From positions 32,001-96,000 of IMG/VR virus record IMGVR_UViG_3300028833_000087: a stretch of DNA of 64,000 nucleotides; one strand, written 5' to 3'. Position numbers and translations under genes: made by a program. Under the pieces are notes generated by a model. The model was not told where the DNA came from. It saw only the letters and a list, made by a program, of their open reading frames with translations, and did no database searches. Source of the DNA: a virus. Its lineage: Duplodnaviria > Caudoviricetes. Below are positions 20,453-31,900 of the stretch, in pieces (positions within the stretch are counted from its first letter, which is position 1; each line of letters opens with the position of its first letter).

Positions 20453-23400
20453 TTAAATATCATCAACTATCCAAACAATTATTGGATTTGGATCAGGTGC
20501 TACCCAAGTAGTTATAGGATGAGTTATTTCATAATCATGATTTGCTATCTTATATTCGTGTACCTGTTTAAATAATTTATCTCTATAATAATCATGATCA
20601 TTATAATGATAAATCTTATAATCAGGTTCATCTGCAGCTTGATCACAATATTCAACCCATCTTCTATATAGATTATCATCATCTAATAATTCTATATTCT
20701 TAGTTATCATTACGCAGTACCAGTCTATAAATACTTTGTAATCTCTAAGATCCTCAGGTGTCATATGTTCCCAATCATTTTCCCAATCCAACCAAATATT
20801 ATTCATGCTATAACCGCTATCTTCAGTATCAGGAACCATATTGACATACATAAATTGAGACATTCTTTCTGATCCGCCTTTACGCTGTCTATCTATCATT
20901 CGTGTAATACCTGTTACAGCTCTAAATAATCTGGTTGTAGGATAACCTGCATTCTTATCTGATATAAAATGGCTAATGAAATAATCTTTGCGAATATAAT
21001 CACTAGGATGGAAAGGATATCCGCCGTTGATATCAAATATATCTGCATTAGGATTTAATTCAGCACTACCGCCATTAAGATCCCATAAATCTAATCTACC
21101 GGAAGCACTAGAATCACCGCCATCTACCATTTTCCAAGGTATACATTTGTTAGGATCAGCTAAACCACCATCTACCATCTTATAATTTCTTTTATCAGAA
21201 GCGTCTCCTCCATTGTAATCATGATTATCATCTAAATCAGGTTCATATACTTCAAACATATCAATTACCTCTTTAAATGACTCAGAATAATTATAGTGGA
21301 AAGAATATTCTAACATTTCTACGTAAGCTGTATCAGTAGTTTTTTCTTTATCCCATCTTCCGTATACAGATTCTAATGTATGATACTGATCCCTAGCATA
21401 ATCACCATTATTTAAAGGATCTCTGTTATTTACTATAACATTAGGCATAGGATCAAGAAAACTTACTTTATATGATTTAAAGAAATTAATCATTAAAGTA
21501 ATATAATTTATAACATCTTGTACACCATTGGTTGCTGTAAAGGAAAATATATAATCTAATCCATCAGCAGATAAATAATACTCTAAAGTAGTAACAATAT
21601 CAGATATTACATTTCTAATATTATCACGTCTAGTTTCAATATTAGGTTCAGTATTAATTCTATTGAAGAAAGTATATAATACATAATCTCTATGTAATAA
21701 TATTTCTTCATATTTATTCATTTTGTGACCATTATAAGTGAATCTTTCATAATCAAAAGTCTTAGTAAATAAATAGCTAAATACAAATTTTACAACTTCA
21801 TATTCATAATAATCTTTATCAAATGCAGTATTAGGATCATCAGGAGATACTTTATTATATCCATAAGACATAAGATCTCTTAAATGATCATATATAGCTT
21901 TATTGTTGTTATATATTTCATTTAATTCATCTATAGAAGTTATAGTTACCGGAGGTATAAAATTTTCAACTCCTAATTCTTCAAGTGTATATCCTCGTTT
22001 AAAATTAAATTCACTATGTCTTTCATAGCCAATGACATCTTGTAGCCATTCAAGATCAGCTTCCATATTAAATCCAAATACTCTATGATGCTCACTTTCA
22101 TTATTAAACATAGTAAACATCTTTTCATTAATCCAAGTTAAATATTGACTTTGATCAATTATACCATAAACTTCCCAGAACATATAATTTTTATCTATAC
22201 CAATATCAAATAATTGATTTTCGGTAATAGATCCTTCAACTGGTTCATCATAGTATATATCTGGACCATAGTAATCTATATTTTCATCAAAGTATTCTAG
22301 TAATTCGCCTTGAGTATAGTATTCTACAAATTCATGATCAGGAGCTTCTATAAATTCTCCATTTAATATTAATAGAGGTTCATAATCCGGAAATGGCTCG
22401 GTTTTTTCTTCCTCTATATCATTAGGAACTTTTATAGTTGTATCCAAATCATCATAACTATAACTAAGCGCTACCAATAAAGTAAATAAATCAGACAGAT
22501 TAAATATTTTTTCAGGATCAATACTGGGAACCATTATCTGTTGCTCAGCACTCTGGAACTCTATATTTGTTCTAGAATCTGTAATCATGCCAACAAAATA
22601 TGACATCTGAAATGCATATTCACTTAAAGAAATATCAGATTCAAGAGTCATTAATTTTGTAGGTTCAATAATGAAATCTCGTATAAGATGCTCTTTATAT
22701 ACAGCTTGATGCTGATTATATTGATCATCAAAATCAAAGAATTCTCCGTCCCAATATTTATCAGCATATGTCATTTCATCATAGCTGTATCTATAAGCTG
22801 GATCTTTAATATGATCATCATATGTACCATCTATTTCTGTCTTGATAAATTCAAGATCAAAAGCATTCAACTGACTATCAGGATCATCAGGATTAAATTC
22901 AACATATCCTCCCAATCCATCTGGACGCTGCTTTTTAAATAAATAATATTTATAGATTTTGGTATCTTTCATACCAAATATATCTATAATATCAAAATTA
23001 TTTTTATTAGAAGATTTATATTTAATAAGTTTATTTAAAGATTTTACAATTCTTACTTGATATCTTAAAGGTATATTTTTATAATAGTCTACACCGTAAG
23101 ATTCCAAGAAATATTGAACAGATCTCATATCAAATATATCTCTTCTAATGTACCATTCAGGTACATCAACAATCATATCAGCAAAAGTTTGAGCTATAAG
23201 ATTTATAATCATGATAGCACTATAATATTCATTATTGAATTCATATGCTTCTTGATCATATCTATCGATATAAATCTTTCTATTATATCCATATAATTCG
23301 CTATATCTATCTTTTACCAATTGATCTACAGACGGCATATATAATATTTCCCATTTAAAAGCTCGTCTTATAGCAACATCATCAAGACTTTTATCTCCTA

Positions 23401-23995
23401 AATGTCTCAGATATTTATAACTAAATTGATACTTATATTTTTCAATAAGTTTATCAATAACACCAAATGTAGATAATACAGATATAACTTCAACAGATTG
23501 CTCATGTAATGGCTTAGAAAAATCTATATCTGATGTATCATAATCATCAGGAAAATCATTTTTGGTAATATAAATATTATATTCAGTAGTACCATATGGA
23601 GGTAAACCTATTAAAGATCTATAATAATTATTCTTTTCCTCATAATTATCTTCAATATATTGACAAGCATAATCTAATAATGGTTGTCTTTCTTCTACAG
23701 GTATCTTGCTTCTATCATACAGATACTGATATATTTCATCATAAGAAAAATGACCATAAGTTTCCAGCATCTTATAGGTAAAAGGGCATAACTCAAATGT
23801 CATTCTGCCATCAAGAACCATCATATAGTATGTAGCATCATTTAATGATTCTTCTGTTTCATAGTAATTGGCCAAAGTATCATTTTTAATAACTATATTG
23901 GCTAAAATAATTTTACAGTTATAGACAATTTCGTCCATAAGAGCATGCTCAGTATATACTTTGCCGTTTACAGAATAGCTCATGCCTATTTTCAC
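20453..23995 (-). CDS. large acidic protein, probable virion (baseplate/tail) component
   Basis: 1180 aa; C-terminal (D/N)GG repeats (YNGGD, VDGGL, VDGGD, LNGGS, INGGY); late-type promoter motif upstream. Confidence 0.6.
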   Translation of the reverse strand: MKIGMSYSVNGKVYTEHALMDEIVYNCKIILANIVIKNDTLANYYETEESLNDATYYMMVLDGRMTFELCPFTYKMLETYGHFSYDEIYQYLYDRSKIPVEERQPLLDYACQYIEDNYEEKNNYYRSLIGLPPYGTTEYNIYITKNDFPDDYDTSDIDFSKPLHEQSVEVISVLSTFGVIDKLIEKYKYQFSYKYLRHLGDKSLDDVAIRRAFKWEILYMPSVDQLVKDRYSELYGYNRKIYIDRYDQEAYEFNNEYYSAIMIINLIAQTFADMIVDVPEWYIRRDIFDMRSVQYFLESYGVDYYKNIPLRYQVRIVKSLNKLIKYKSSNKNNFDIIDIFGMKDTKIYKYYLFKKQRPDGLGGYVEFNPDDPDSQLNAFDLEFIKTEIDGTYDDHIKDPAYRYSYDEMTYADKYWDGEFFDFDDQYNQHQAVYKEHLIRDFIIEPTKLMTLESDISLSEYAFQMSYFVGMITDSRTNIEFQSAEQQIMVPSIDPEKIFNLSDLFTLLVALSYSYDDLDTTIKVPNDIEEEKTEPFPDYEPLLILNGEFIEAPDHEFVEYYTQGELLEYFDENIDYYGPDIYYDEPVEGSITENQLFDIGIDKNYMFWEVYGIIDQSQYLTWINEKMFTMFNNESEHHRVFGFNMEADLEWLQDVIGYERHSEFNFKRGYTLEELGVENFIPPVTITSIDELNEIYNNNKAIYDHLRDLMSYGYNKVSPDDPNTAFDKDYYEYEVVKFVFSYLFTKTFDYERFTYNGHKMNKYEEILLHRDYVLYTFFNRINTEPNIETRRDNIRNVISDIVTTLEYYLSADGLDYIFSFTATNGVQDVINYITLMINFFKSYKVSFLDPMPNVIVNNRDPLNNGDYARDQYHTLESVYGRWDKEKTTDTAYVEMLEYSFHYNYSESFKEVIDMFEVYEPDLDDNHDYNGGDASDKRNYKMVDGGLADPNKCIPWKMVDGGDSSASGRLDLWDLNGGSAELNPNADIFDINGGYPFHPSDYIRKDYFISHFISDKNAGYPTTRLFRAVTGITRMIDRQRKGGSERMSQFMYVNMVPDTEDSGYSMNNIWLDWENDWEHMTPEDLRDYKVFIDWYCVMITKNIELLDDDNLYRRWVEYCDQAADEPDYKIYHYNDHDYYRDKLFKQVHEYKIANHDYEITHPITTWVAPDPNPIIVWIVDDI

Positions 23996-24072
23996 CTCCC
24001 TTAAGTATTAAGTTTATATAGATGTGAAAGTATATAGGGAATAACTTAAAAGTAATTTGGGAGGTATATTCA

Positions 24073-24807
24073 ATGGAATCAATAGTATTAAGAAATGAAT
24101 TTAACCAATATCCTGATATTATTAGTTATGACGAAAAGAATCCGACATTAACTTCTCCGTATTCAGATACAGATTGTCCTTTCTATATGACAAAAGATAT
24201 GCTTATAGATGTAGATTTATTTAGAAGCTTTGTAAAGAATGCCGAAGCTAGTTTTAGAGCTTCTCATGAATATAAACTTTATAAATCTTATCTTATAGAA
24301 TATTTAGGAATGAATAGATGCCAAATATTTGGTAATATAACTAATGAAGATGCTAAAATAGAATTACATCATAATGTAATTGGACTATTAGATATGTGTA
24401 TTCTTATAACTTCTCATGTAGTAAATACTGTAGGATATATAACTACATTTGATCTAGTTACAATGCTTATTCAAGAACACTATGCAAATAATGTAGGTGT
24501 AGTATTTTTATCTACCACAGCTCACCAATTATATCATCATGATGATGAAGGATATTTACCACCAGAAATGACATTTGGTAAATGGTGGAATTTATTATCT
24601 AAATATAAATATGGTATTACTTTTGACTTAGCAAACAAGATAGTAAATTATTTAACTAATTATTCTAATAATAAGGTAATAACAGTACATCCTAGACTTA
24701 ACGATGTAATATATAGCTATGCTAATTTTAATGAATATTGCAATGTAAGTCCTCAGGAAGCTGGATATTTACCTGATATGAGCGAATTTATGGAGGAAAT
24801 ACAATGA
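24073..24807 (+). CDS. HNH-like fold protein (paralog of 26124-26915)
   Basis: FR.S.EY..Y...GMN.C...IELHH...L..T.HQLYH pattern. Confidence 0.6.
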   Translation: MESIVLRNEFNQYPDIISYDEKNPTLTSPYSDTDCPFYMTKDMLIDVDLFRSFVKNAEASFRASHEYKLYKSYLIEYLGMNRCQIFGNITNEDAKIELHHNVIGLLDMCILITSHVVNTVGYITTFDLVTMLIQEHYANNVGVVFLSTTAHQLYHHDDEGYLPPEMTFGKWWNLLSKYKYGITFDLANKIVNYLTNYSNNKVITVHPRLNDVIYSYANFNEYCNVSPQEAGYLPDMSEFMEEIQ

Positions 24808-25250
24808 TTAGAGATATTATGAATATTTGGATTGGTCTTATAATGACTTCAGTTGTAGTACTATTATATTATAATACTATAATAAATGAGAAAAAGAAGA
24901 ATCTTCTAAAAGAAAAAGAATTAGAAAATCAAAAAATGGAATTAATGATGAAGATTGATACTAAAGCTGCAAGAGCTGAAATAGATTCTTTAATTGAAAG
25001 ATACTTTGGAGAATATACACTATATAATTTTGTAGCTCAAAAAGTAGTATATATTAAGAAAGAAGACGCCGAATTAGCTGTAAAGGAAATTACTAAAAGA
25101 ATTATAATGAATATGTCTGAAACTTATATATTCTATATGAAGATACTATATTTTATTGATGATGAAGACGGACTTTTGGAAAAAATTACTGATATGGTAT
25201 CTGAGCAGATGATTTCTTATATGGTAGAATATAACAGACCAAAGGAGTAG
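24804..25250 (+). CDS. membrane-anchored hypothetical protein
   Basis: N-terminal hydrophobic helix followed by a charged coiled region. Confidence 0.65.
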   Translation: MIRDIMNIWIGLIMTSVVVLLYYNTIINEKKKNLLKEKELENQKMELMMKIDTKAARAEIDSLIERYFGEYTLYNFVAQKVVYIKKEDAELAVKEITKRIIMNMSETYIFYMKILYFIDDEDGLLEKITDMVSEQMISYMVEYNRPKE

Positions 25251-25259
25251 GGCTAAGCC

Positions 25260-25925
25260 CTACTCCTCTTTATCGTTAAATAATTCTAACAAATGTCTTA
25301 CAATAGTATCTTTACCAGAAGCTGTTCTACCGACAATACATATGATAGCTTTAGGATCATAATCTTCAACTATTTTACAGAAAATATTAGATACTGTACC
25401 ATTAAGATAAGGATTATCATTAATAAAAGATGTATAAGGAATAGAAGCAGCTTCAAAATCGGTAAATTGTTTATCTTCTGATGAGTCTCTATCCTTAAAT
25501 TTCCACATATCTTTAGCTGTACATTCTAACCCTAATCTTTGCATATATCTTCTATATCTATTATTGAAAGAACAAGTAATGTGATAAATATTAAGTTTAA
25601 CTTCAGGGTGTCTTTCTTGAATATCTTTAATACCATTAGGATCGATAATATAAACATTATGATCTTTCATTTGATCGGTTAAAGTAAAATATCTACGATT
25701 ATTGATCTCAGTATATGCAAGAATTTTATCTTTATCTTTTAAAATTTCATCAGCTTTTTCTTCAGAAATAAATAAATGTTCCACTCCATCTGTTTCGCCT
25801 AATCTTTGAAGCCTTGTTGTATAAGATATAAAAGGAATAAATTTCTTATCTGATATTAACTCTTTTACTGATTTACCGGTTTGCTCTTTTATTAAAAGTT
25901 TTACTGTTTCTTTATCGTATATCAT
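25260..25925 (-). CDS. guanylate kinase-like protein, circularly permuted (P-loop at C terminus)
   Basis: ISYTTR.QR.GE.DGVEH.FIS, LAYT, IIDPNG, plus C-terminal IICIVGRTASGKDT; start ATG 25925 after AAGGAGG. Confidence 0.85.
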   Translation of the reverse strand: MIYDKETVKLLIKEQTGKSVKELISDKKFIPFISYTTRLQRLGETDGVEHLFISEEKADEILKDKDKILAYTEINNRRYFTLTDQMKDHNVYIIDPNGIKDIQERHPEVKLNIYHITCSFNNRYRRYMQRLGLECTAKDMWKFKDRDSSEDKQFTDFEAASIPYTSFINDNPYLNGTVSNIFCKIVEDYDPKAIICIVGRTASGKDTIVRHLLELFNDKEE

Positions 25926-26123
25926 AGTTTTATCCTCCTTTATAAAAAATAAAAAGTCCCGGGAATTATTCATTCCCGGGGGCAACAAAATGAGTGTAAA
26001 GTATATAGAATTCGTGATGGTTTGTGTGCTATCTGGGGGATAAGCGTTGTATGTATAGTTTAATATTTTCAGGGGTGGGTTATTAAACTATTTTGTAACG
26101 AATCTATATACTTTACACATATG

Positions 26124-26915
26124 TTATTCATTACTGTAAAATATTATTGGTATCTCTAGTTCTTCTTTTTTATTATCTTCTATCATTGGAAGCATATAAT
26201 TATTACTCTTTAATACATCTATTCTATTATGCATATCTTGGTTAATATTAGTTATTTCCGGCAATCTATAGTTTTCATTTTTAATATCCACATTGACTTT
26301 ATTATAATTCAAAATATCATTATTTAATAACTCATTAGATTGTTTTGCTGTATAATTTTCTATTCTCTCTAAAACATCTATCTGTTCATCTGTAATAAAT
26401 GGACGATAGTATGTAACGAATAGGTCATATCTTCCTAAAACTGTATTTATAGGAATAAACAATCTATGAGCATGTACCAATTCATGAACTGTCTTAGATA
26501 AAGGAATAAGTCCTATCATATTTTTATAATGCAAAGACATTATTTCTTTAGCAACCATCCATACAGATACATTTTCATTATAATAACAGCGTTTCTTATA
26601 AACTATATTTGCTATATCATCTAATGAAAATGGATAATGATGTATCTCTATGCGGATATCAAATCCTTCAGAATTACTTACTCCTTCTATGAAACTATCT
26701 TTATTCATTCCATATTTATCTCTGATAAAGTTTATATATCTTCTATATTCAAAAGACTTTCTTACAACTTGTTTTATAGTAAGTATATATTTATTAAATT
26801 CTTTATCATCATCAAGATTAAATGGATTTACATTTTCTATTTCAGGTACATCTTCTAAAGCTATATAATTTTGTAAATTATGATGCTGAGCTTGTATAGC
26901 ATCAGGATCTATCAT
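26124..26915 (-). CDS. HNH-like fold protein (paralog of 24073-24807)
   Basis: VRKSFEY..Y...GMN...IEIHH...LIPLSKTVHELVH. Confidence 0.6.
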   Translation of the reverse strand: MIDPDAIQAQHHNLQNYIALEDVPEIENVNPFNLDDDKEFNKYILTIKQVVRKSFEYRRYINFIRDKYGMNKDSFIEGVSNSEGFDIRIEIHHYPFSLDDIANIVYKKRCYYNENVSVWMVAKEIMSLHYKNMIGLIPLSKTVHELVHAHRLFIPINTVLGRYDLFVTYYRPFITDEQIDVLERIENYTAKQSNELLNNDILNYNKVNVDIKNENYRLPEITNINQDMHNRIDVLKSNNYMLPMIEDNKKEELEIPIIFYSNE

Positions 26916-26975
26916 AGTACCACCTCCAAAAATACAATATAATTATATATTATAAATCTGTAAAGGAGATCAATT

Positions 26976-27527
26976 ATGACTTTAAAATTTACAATAACAG
27001 TATTTGGAATATCTTTATTTTTAGGAATTGTTATATATTCTATAAGAGTATTACTAAATGTATATAAAGTGTACTCTAAACCAAAATATGAATCTTCTAA
27101 AAAATATTTTAGGGAATTATTATTACTTTTGCAAGATGAAGCTTTAAAATTAAGAGATAATACTGATCAAAATACATTACTTATAGAATTTGATGGTACT
27201 AAAGATATTATATTTTATTTATATAATAAAAGACCTAAAATAGATATAGATGGCGAAATATTCGTTTATATAGGCATAATGCCTTTTGGTAGAGTAATAA
27301 GCTATAGAGATTTAGATCCTATTTATATATTTGATACAGCAACTGGTAAAGAATATTGCAAATATAATAGATCTGTTTATAAAAGAATAGATAAAATGCG
27401 CAAAGTATTATCATCAGATGATCCAAATGTAAATGTGAATGTAACTTGGACAACAGAAGATAAAAAAGTTCAAGATATAAAAAGAGATTTTGTATTGGAT
27501 AATTTAGAAAGGGGAAGATTACCATGA
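26976..27527 (+). CDS. membrane-anchored hypothetical protein
   Basis: N-terminal TM helix; TATATTATA motif upstream. Confidence 0.65.
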   Translation: MTLKFTITVFGISLFLGIVIYSIRVLLNVYKVYSKPKYESSKKYFRELLLLLQDEALKLRDNTDQNTLLIEFDGTKDIIFYLYNKRPKIDIDGEIFVYIGIMPFGRVISYRDLDPIYIFDTATGKEYCKYNRSVYKRIDKMRKVLSSDDPNVNVNVTWTTEDKKVQDIKRDFVLDNLERGRLP

Positions 27528-28063
27528 ATGGTATTGATAAAAGCGTTTTATCTGTATTGATAAATATGAAATCTATAGGTATAGTCTATGATGAAAAGAA
27601 GGTGGAACCTATGGTTATTAAACCCATGGAAAATTATTTAGAGATTACTTTAGATAGAAGAGAAAGAAAACTGTTTAGTTCAGATTGTATGAGTAGTTAT
27701 ATATGTGATATAGCTATAAAGAATACTATATGTAATCAGGAAATCCATATGAAAACTGATGAGATTATGATGTCTGTATTTATAGATACAATGTATTATG
27801 CAGAGAATAATCCATCTACAGGTTTATGTTTTAACGATATGAATATAGCAATAACTAACGATGGTAAAATAGTAACCATGAATATTCATACTTTATTTAA
27901 TAATAATCCTTTACAGCAGACAGTTACATTTACTACAGATTCATTTGAATATTTTATAGATTGTTGTTACTTTATGTTTCTTATAGATATAGATGATGGA
28001 GATATGACAAAATATTATAATCATTATTACCAAGAGATGATTGAATGTAATGGAGGATTATAA
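27524..28063 (+). CDS. hypothetical protein
   Basis: 179-aa ORF in operon. Confidence 0.65.
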   Translation: MNGIDKSVLSVLINMKSIGIVYDEKKVEPMVIKPMENYLEITLDRRERKLFSSDCMSSYICDIAIKNTICNQEIHMKTDEIMMSVFIDTMYYAENNPSTGLCFNDMNIAITNDGKIVTMNIHTLFNNNPLQQTVTFTTDSFEYFIDCCYFMFLIDIDDGDMTKYYNHYYQEMIECNGGL

Positions 28064-28482
28064 TGATAATAGGAGAATATAAAACAAAAGAAAATTATAC
28101 AGTATTAATATCTGCTGGATCATTATATCCTTTAATAAATATAAATATATTAGATTGCCTTGGACTTACTGTAACTTCTTTTATGATGTCTCAAGATATG
28201 ATAAAAGAATTTTTTAACGATGTAGATCATTGTATCAGCGAAGCAGACTCATTTATATTTAAAATACCATATAATGGTATAAGAGATATGATGATTAATC
28301 TTGTATATAATGATGAGGATAAAATTGTAATACGATTAGCTGATACAGATGGAATTTGTATAAATCCTATAATAATGATGAATACAGATACTGAGCATTT
28401 AAAATTATTCTCTGCTCAAATTGAAAACGATATACATGATAAATATAATTTTTATAATGATTATATACAATATATATGGTAA
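28063..28482 (+). CDS. hypothetical protein
   Basis: 139-aa ORF with GGAGG RBS. Confidence 0.65.
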   Translation: MIIGEYKTKENYTVLISAGSLYPLININILDCLGLTVTSFMMSQDMIKEFFNDVDHCISEADSFIFKIPYNGIRDMMINLVYNDEDKIVIRLADTDGICINPIIMMNTDTEHLKLFSAQIENDIHDKYNFYNDYIQYIW

Positions 28483-28520
28483 TATAAAACTATTCAATTT
28501 ATTATAGGAGGTAATTTTAA

Positions 28521-28862
28521 ATGCATGACGGACTTTTAACAAAAGTACAAGAAGAAGGCGATCCGAATTTCGATCCGAGAATGCCGTATGTTAAGAAAGA
28601 TACTGTACAGCAGATGCAGAATCTTGCACAGCAATTTAAGTATTCATCATGTGATGAGATGTTTGGTATTTTGGATGTTTTAGAAGAAAATATTCAAGAT
28701 ATTAAAAAATACATGGAAGAATATCAGATCGCTGATGCCAATTTTGCTAATGGATCTATCGACAAAAAAGATTTATCTAAATCGAAAGAAAATGTCTTGG
28801 CAAATATTAGCAAAATGCAATATCTTGCACAGAAGCTTACAGGAATGAGCGCGTATCTGTAA
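28521..28862 (+). CDS. hypothetical protein
   Basis: 113-aa ORF with AGGAGG RBS, followed by a hairpin. Confidence 0.65.
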   Translation: MHDGLLTKVQEEGDPNFDPRMPYVKKDTVQQMQNLAQQFKYSSCDEMFGILDVLEENIQDIKKYMEEYQIADANFANGSIDKKDLSKSKENVLANISKMQYLAQKLTGMSAYL

Positions 28863-28903
28863 ACAATAACCCCTGGTTCATATGAACCAGGGGAATTTTA
28901 TTT

Positions 28904-31900
28904 TTAAACTTTTGAATCATCATAAGGTATTCCCATAATATCTTTTACAGATCTATCAAGTTCAATCATAAGCTTATTAATAGATCCAATCAAAGGAATA
29001 CTGGTAACAATACGCTTATCAATACTGGTATTACCTACGAATGCAGATACATGCTCATTAGGTCTGAAAGCAGTATAAGGTTCTTTACCCAAAGGAATCA
29101 AGTTTTTCTCAACACCTTTATTTGCAGCAAAATATACAATCTTATCACCGATACCTAATGTATCATAGTATTCTACATAATACTCTACAAGTATAGCATC
29201 TTGTGCTCGTTTCATTTTACCTGTAGGAGGTAACTTATAATGAGCAGGAAGCTCATTAGCATTAATACCATTATCTTTGTAGATTTTAGCTCTAGCCTTA
29301 ATAGGCTTCTCATACTCATTAACCATTTTAGCCATAGAAGGAGTCATCTCGTCTATGTCAATAGTTCTGAATATCTTAATGGCAGTAATAGTACCTGTTA
29401 CTTCAGATATAAGTTTCTTTTTACCTAACTCAGATACTTCATCTTTAGAAAGAGTTCTCATAAGAGAGTCAGCATCTTCATCTTTAAAAGGAACTTGCCA
29501 AGACATAAGAACATCGCCACATTCTACATGATTCCCTACTTTCAAATAGTTTACGATATTAACTTCTTTATCTAATACTGCTTTATATTGTAAGTCAATT
29601 CTTGTAGCCAAAGCCTTTGCCATTTCTTCTGTAATAACACCAGAGTCTTCAAAGTTCTCATCAGAGTTAATAATAGCTACTTTAGCTAATTTACCTACAT
29701 TGAAAGCAAGATTATCAGATTCACCCAAGCTATTAGAGAAACTAAGTTTATCATATGCTAATACTTGATTAGCTTTAAACTTCATTCCTACTTTTATTTT
29801 TTCATCAGCATCAAGTTTAAGAGGCACAAAATAACCACCATCAGAGTTATGCTGAATATTTTCTTGCAAATCAATATAATCTTTGGTACCATCTTTATAT
29901 TGTACAAGAATATACTTATTTTCAACATACTCTACAACTTCTCCATCTTGTTTAGACTTATAAGCAAATCTATTAGATGTCATATAAGGCATAGCTTCAT
30001 CTGTACCATTAGTAACCAATAAAGGATCTGATTCTTCCGTACGAACCTGATGTTTACATGTTTGAATGAATGTCATACCAACACGCATTGGCGAATCATG
30101 TGTAGATACAAAAGGAGTAATACCCTCAGTTACAGTAAGAGAATTAGTTGTATTCATCTTATCTGTAGAACCATCCGATGCTTTTACAAATCCTCTTTCA
30201 GGATCTACATTAGCATTCATAGTAAGCTGTCTAGTTACACCAGCATTACCAGCGAAACCTGTAGACATACCTAATACATTAAGCATAGTTTCATCATATC
30301 CACGCTTATCAAGTGAATAAGCTCTATCAGAATTCATACCGGAAGGCCCTTTAAAGGTAACTGCATTAGTAGCATCAATTTCATTTAAAGCATTAATACA
30401 AGAATCGGTAGCAGATACAGAATCAGTTAAGAATTTATCAATAACTGCAGTCTGCTTTATCGTAATACCAGGAGCATTTCTCTGATGTCTTATAGCATTA
30501 GCATAAGCTGCATAAGCATCAGCCATTACTTTATAGGTATAAGCAGCTACTAATTCATATCTTCTAAGTCTTCTAGAAGATGTATCTGTATGCTTGATAA
30601 ATTTATTATCACAAAGCAAACTATTAGCATATAACAATACAGAAACATAGTCTGTAGGCATCTTATACTTCTGAAGAATCTCTTCAGTAATAGGATCAAT
30701 AAGAAGATCTTTGAAGTTATCAAGACCATCAGCTTTCATTCTAGAAGCAAATTGATCCAAGAATTCCAAATATAAGTTTCTGGAATCTACTTCAGTAATA
30801 GAATGCGATTCTGTATCACATGCTTTAAGTCCATTAAGTAACAAACTAGCATCATAATCATTAGCATTGAATACTACAAATCCATCTTTAAATTTGATCC
30901 AATCGTAATTTAAATTAGCTCTATCTGCAGATGTTATTTTGTCTACTATCTGATATTCAATCTTACCTTTTTCAAGTGTACTTCTTAATCCTTCATGTAA
31001 TCCACAGATTACTATAGTAGGAATAAGACTACTCATTATAGAGCATCTAGAATAAGTACAAGACTTACTTGCTGATTGAGATCTTAATAAATCTAAGAAA
31101 TCTTTCCAATCATGCTTTTCTTCTAAGAGTACCAGTAAATAATGAATGAATGATTCTCTAGCATCATTAGCCATATAAATAATTCTATCTTCTTCTTTAT
31201 CATGAGCAAAAGGAATACCTTTAGTATCATCAATCTTATATTTAGCTCTAATATCATCTTGATTAAAATATAAAGTTAATGATTTGGATTCAATTCTATC
31301 ATAGACAGAACCAATATCAATATAATCTATAGGAAGATTATATTTATTAGATACTTTAATAGTATTACCAACCATAAACTTAATATTTCTACCCTGATAT
31401 TTATCAGCAGCTTTTAAGAATCTAGATACATTAGCCATAGATCTACCAGTCTGAATCTTATTAGCACCACGAGGTCTATTATAAACAAAGATTTTATTAT
31501 AATTAGATATAATCTGCGCAGCATTTACTTCAGTTTTCAATATAGGCATATTAAAGAACTGATTCTGTAAGCTATAATAGTTGCCTCTAAGAAGGAATCT
31601 ATTATCTACCATAATAGGAATATCTAATTTAATAGTAAATCTTTTACCTCTAAAGTCTTCCATTTCTACAGTATAAGTTTCAATTCTATCTTCAGAATTA
31701 GTAGCATCTTCTACAGAAATATTTCTAATACCAATAGGAATTGATGTCTTAGTAAAATGCTTAAAAATATTAATAATATCTTTATCAATATTATAATGCT
31801 TATCAAATTCAGGATATTTCATATCTTTCCAAAGATCAGCATTAGGACCACTTACAGGAATATCAATAGTAGTAGCCTTTGTATCTACAGTTTCCTGCTT

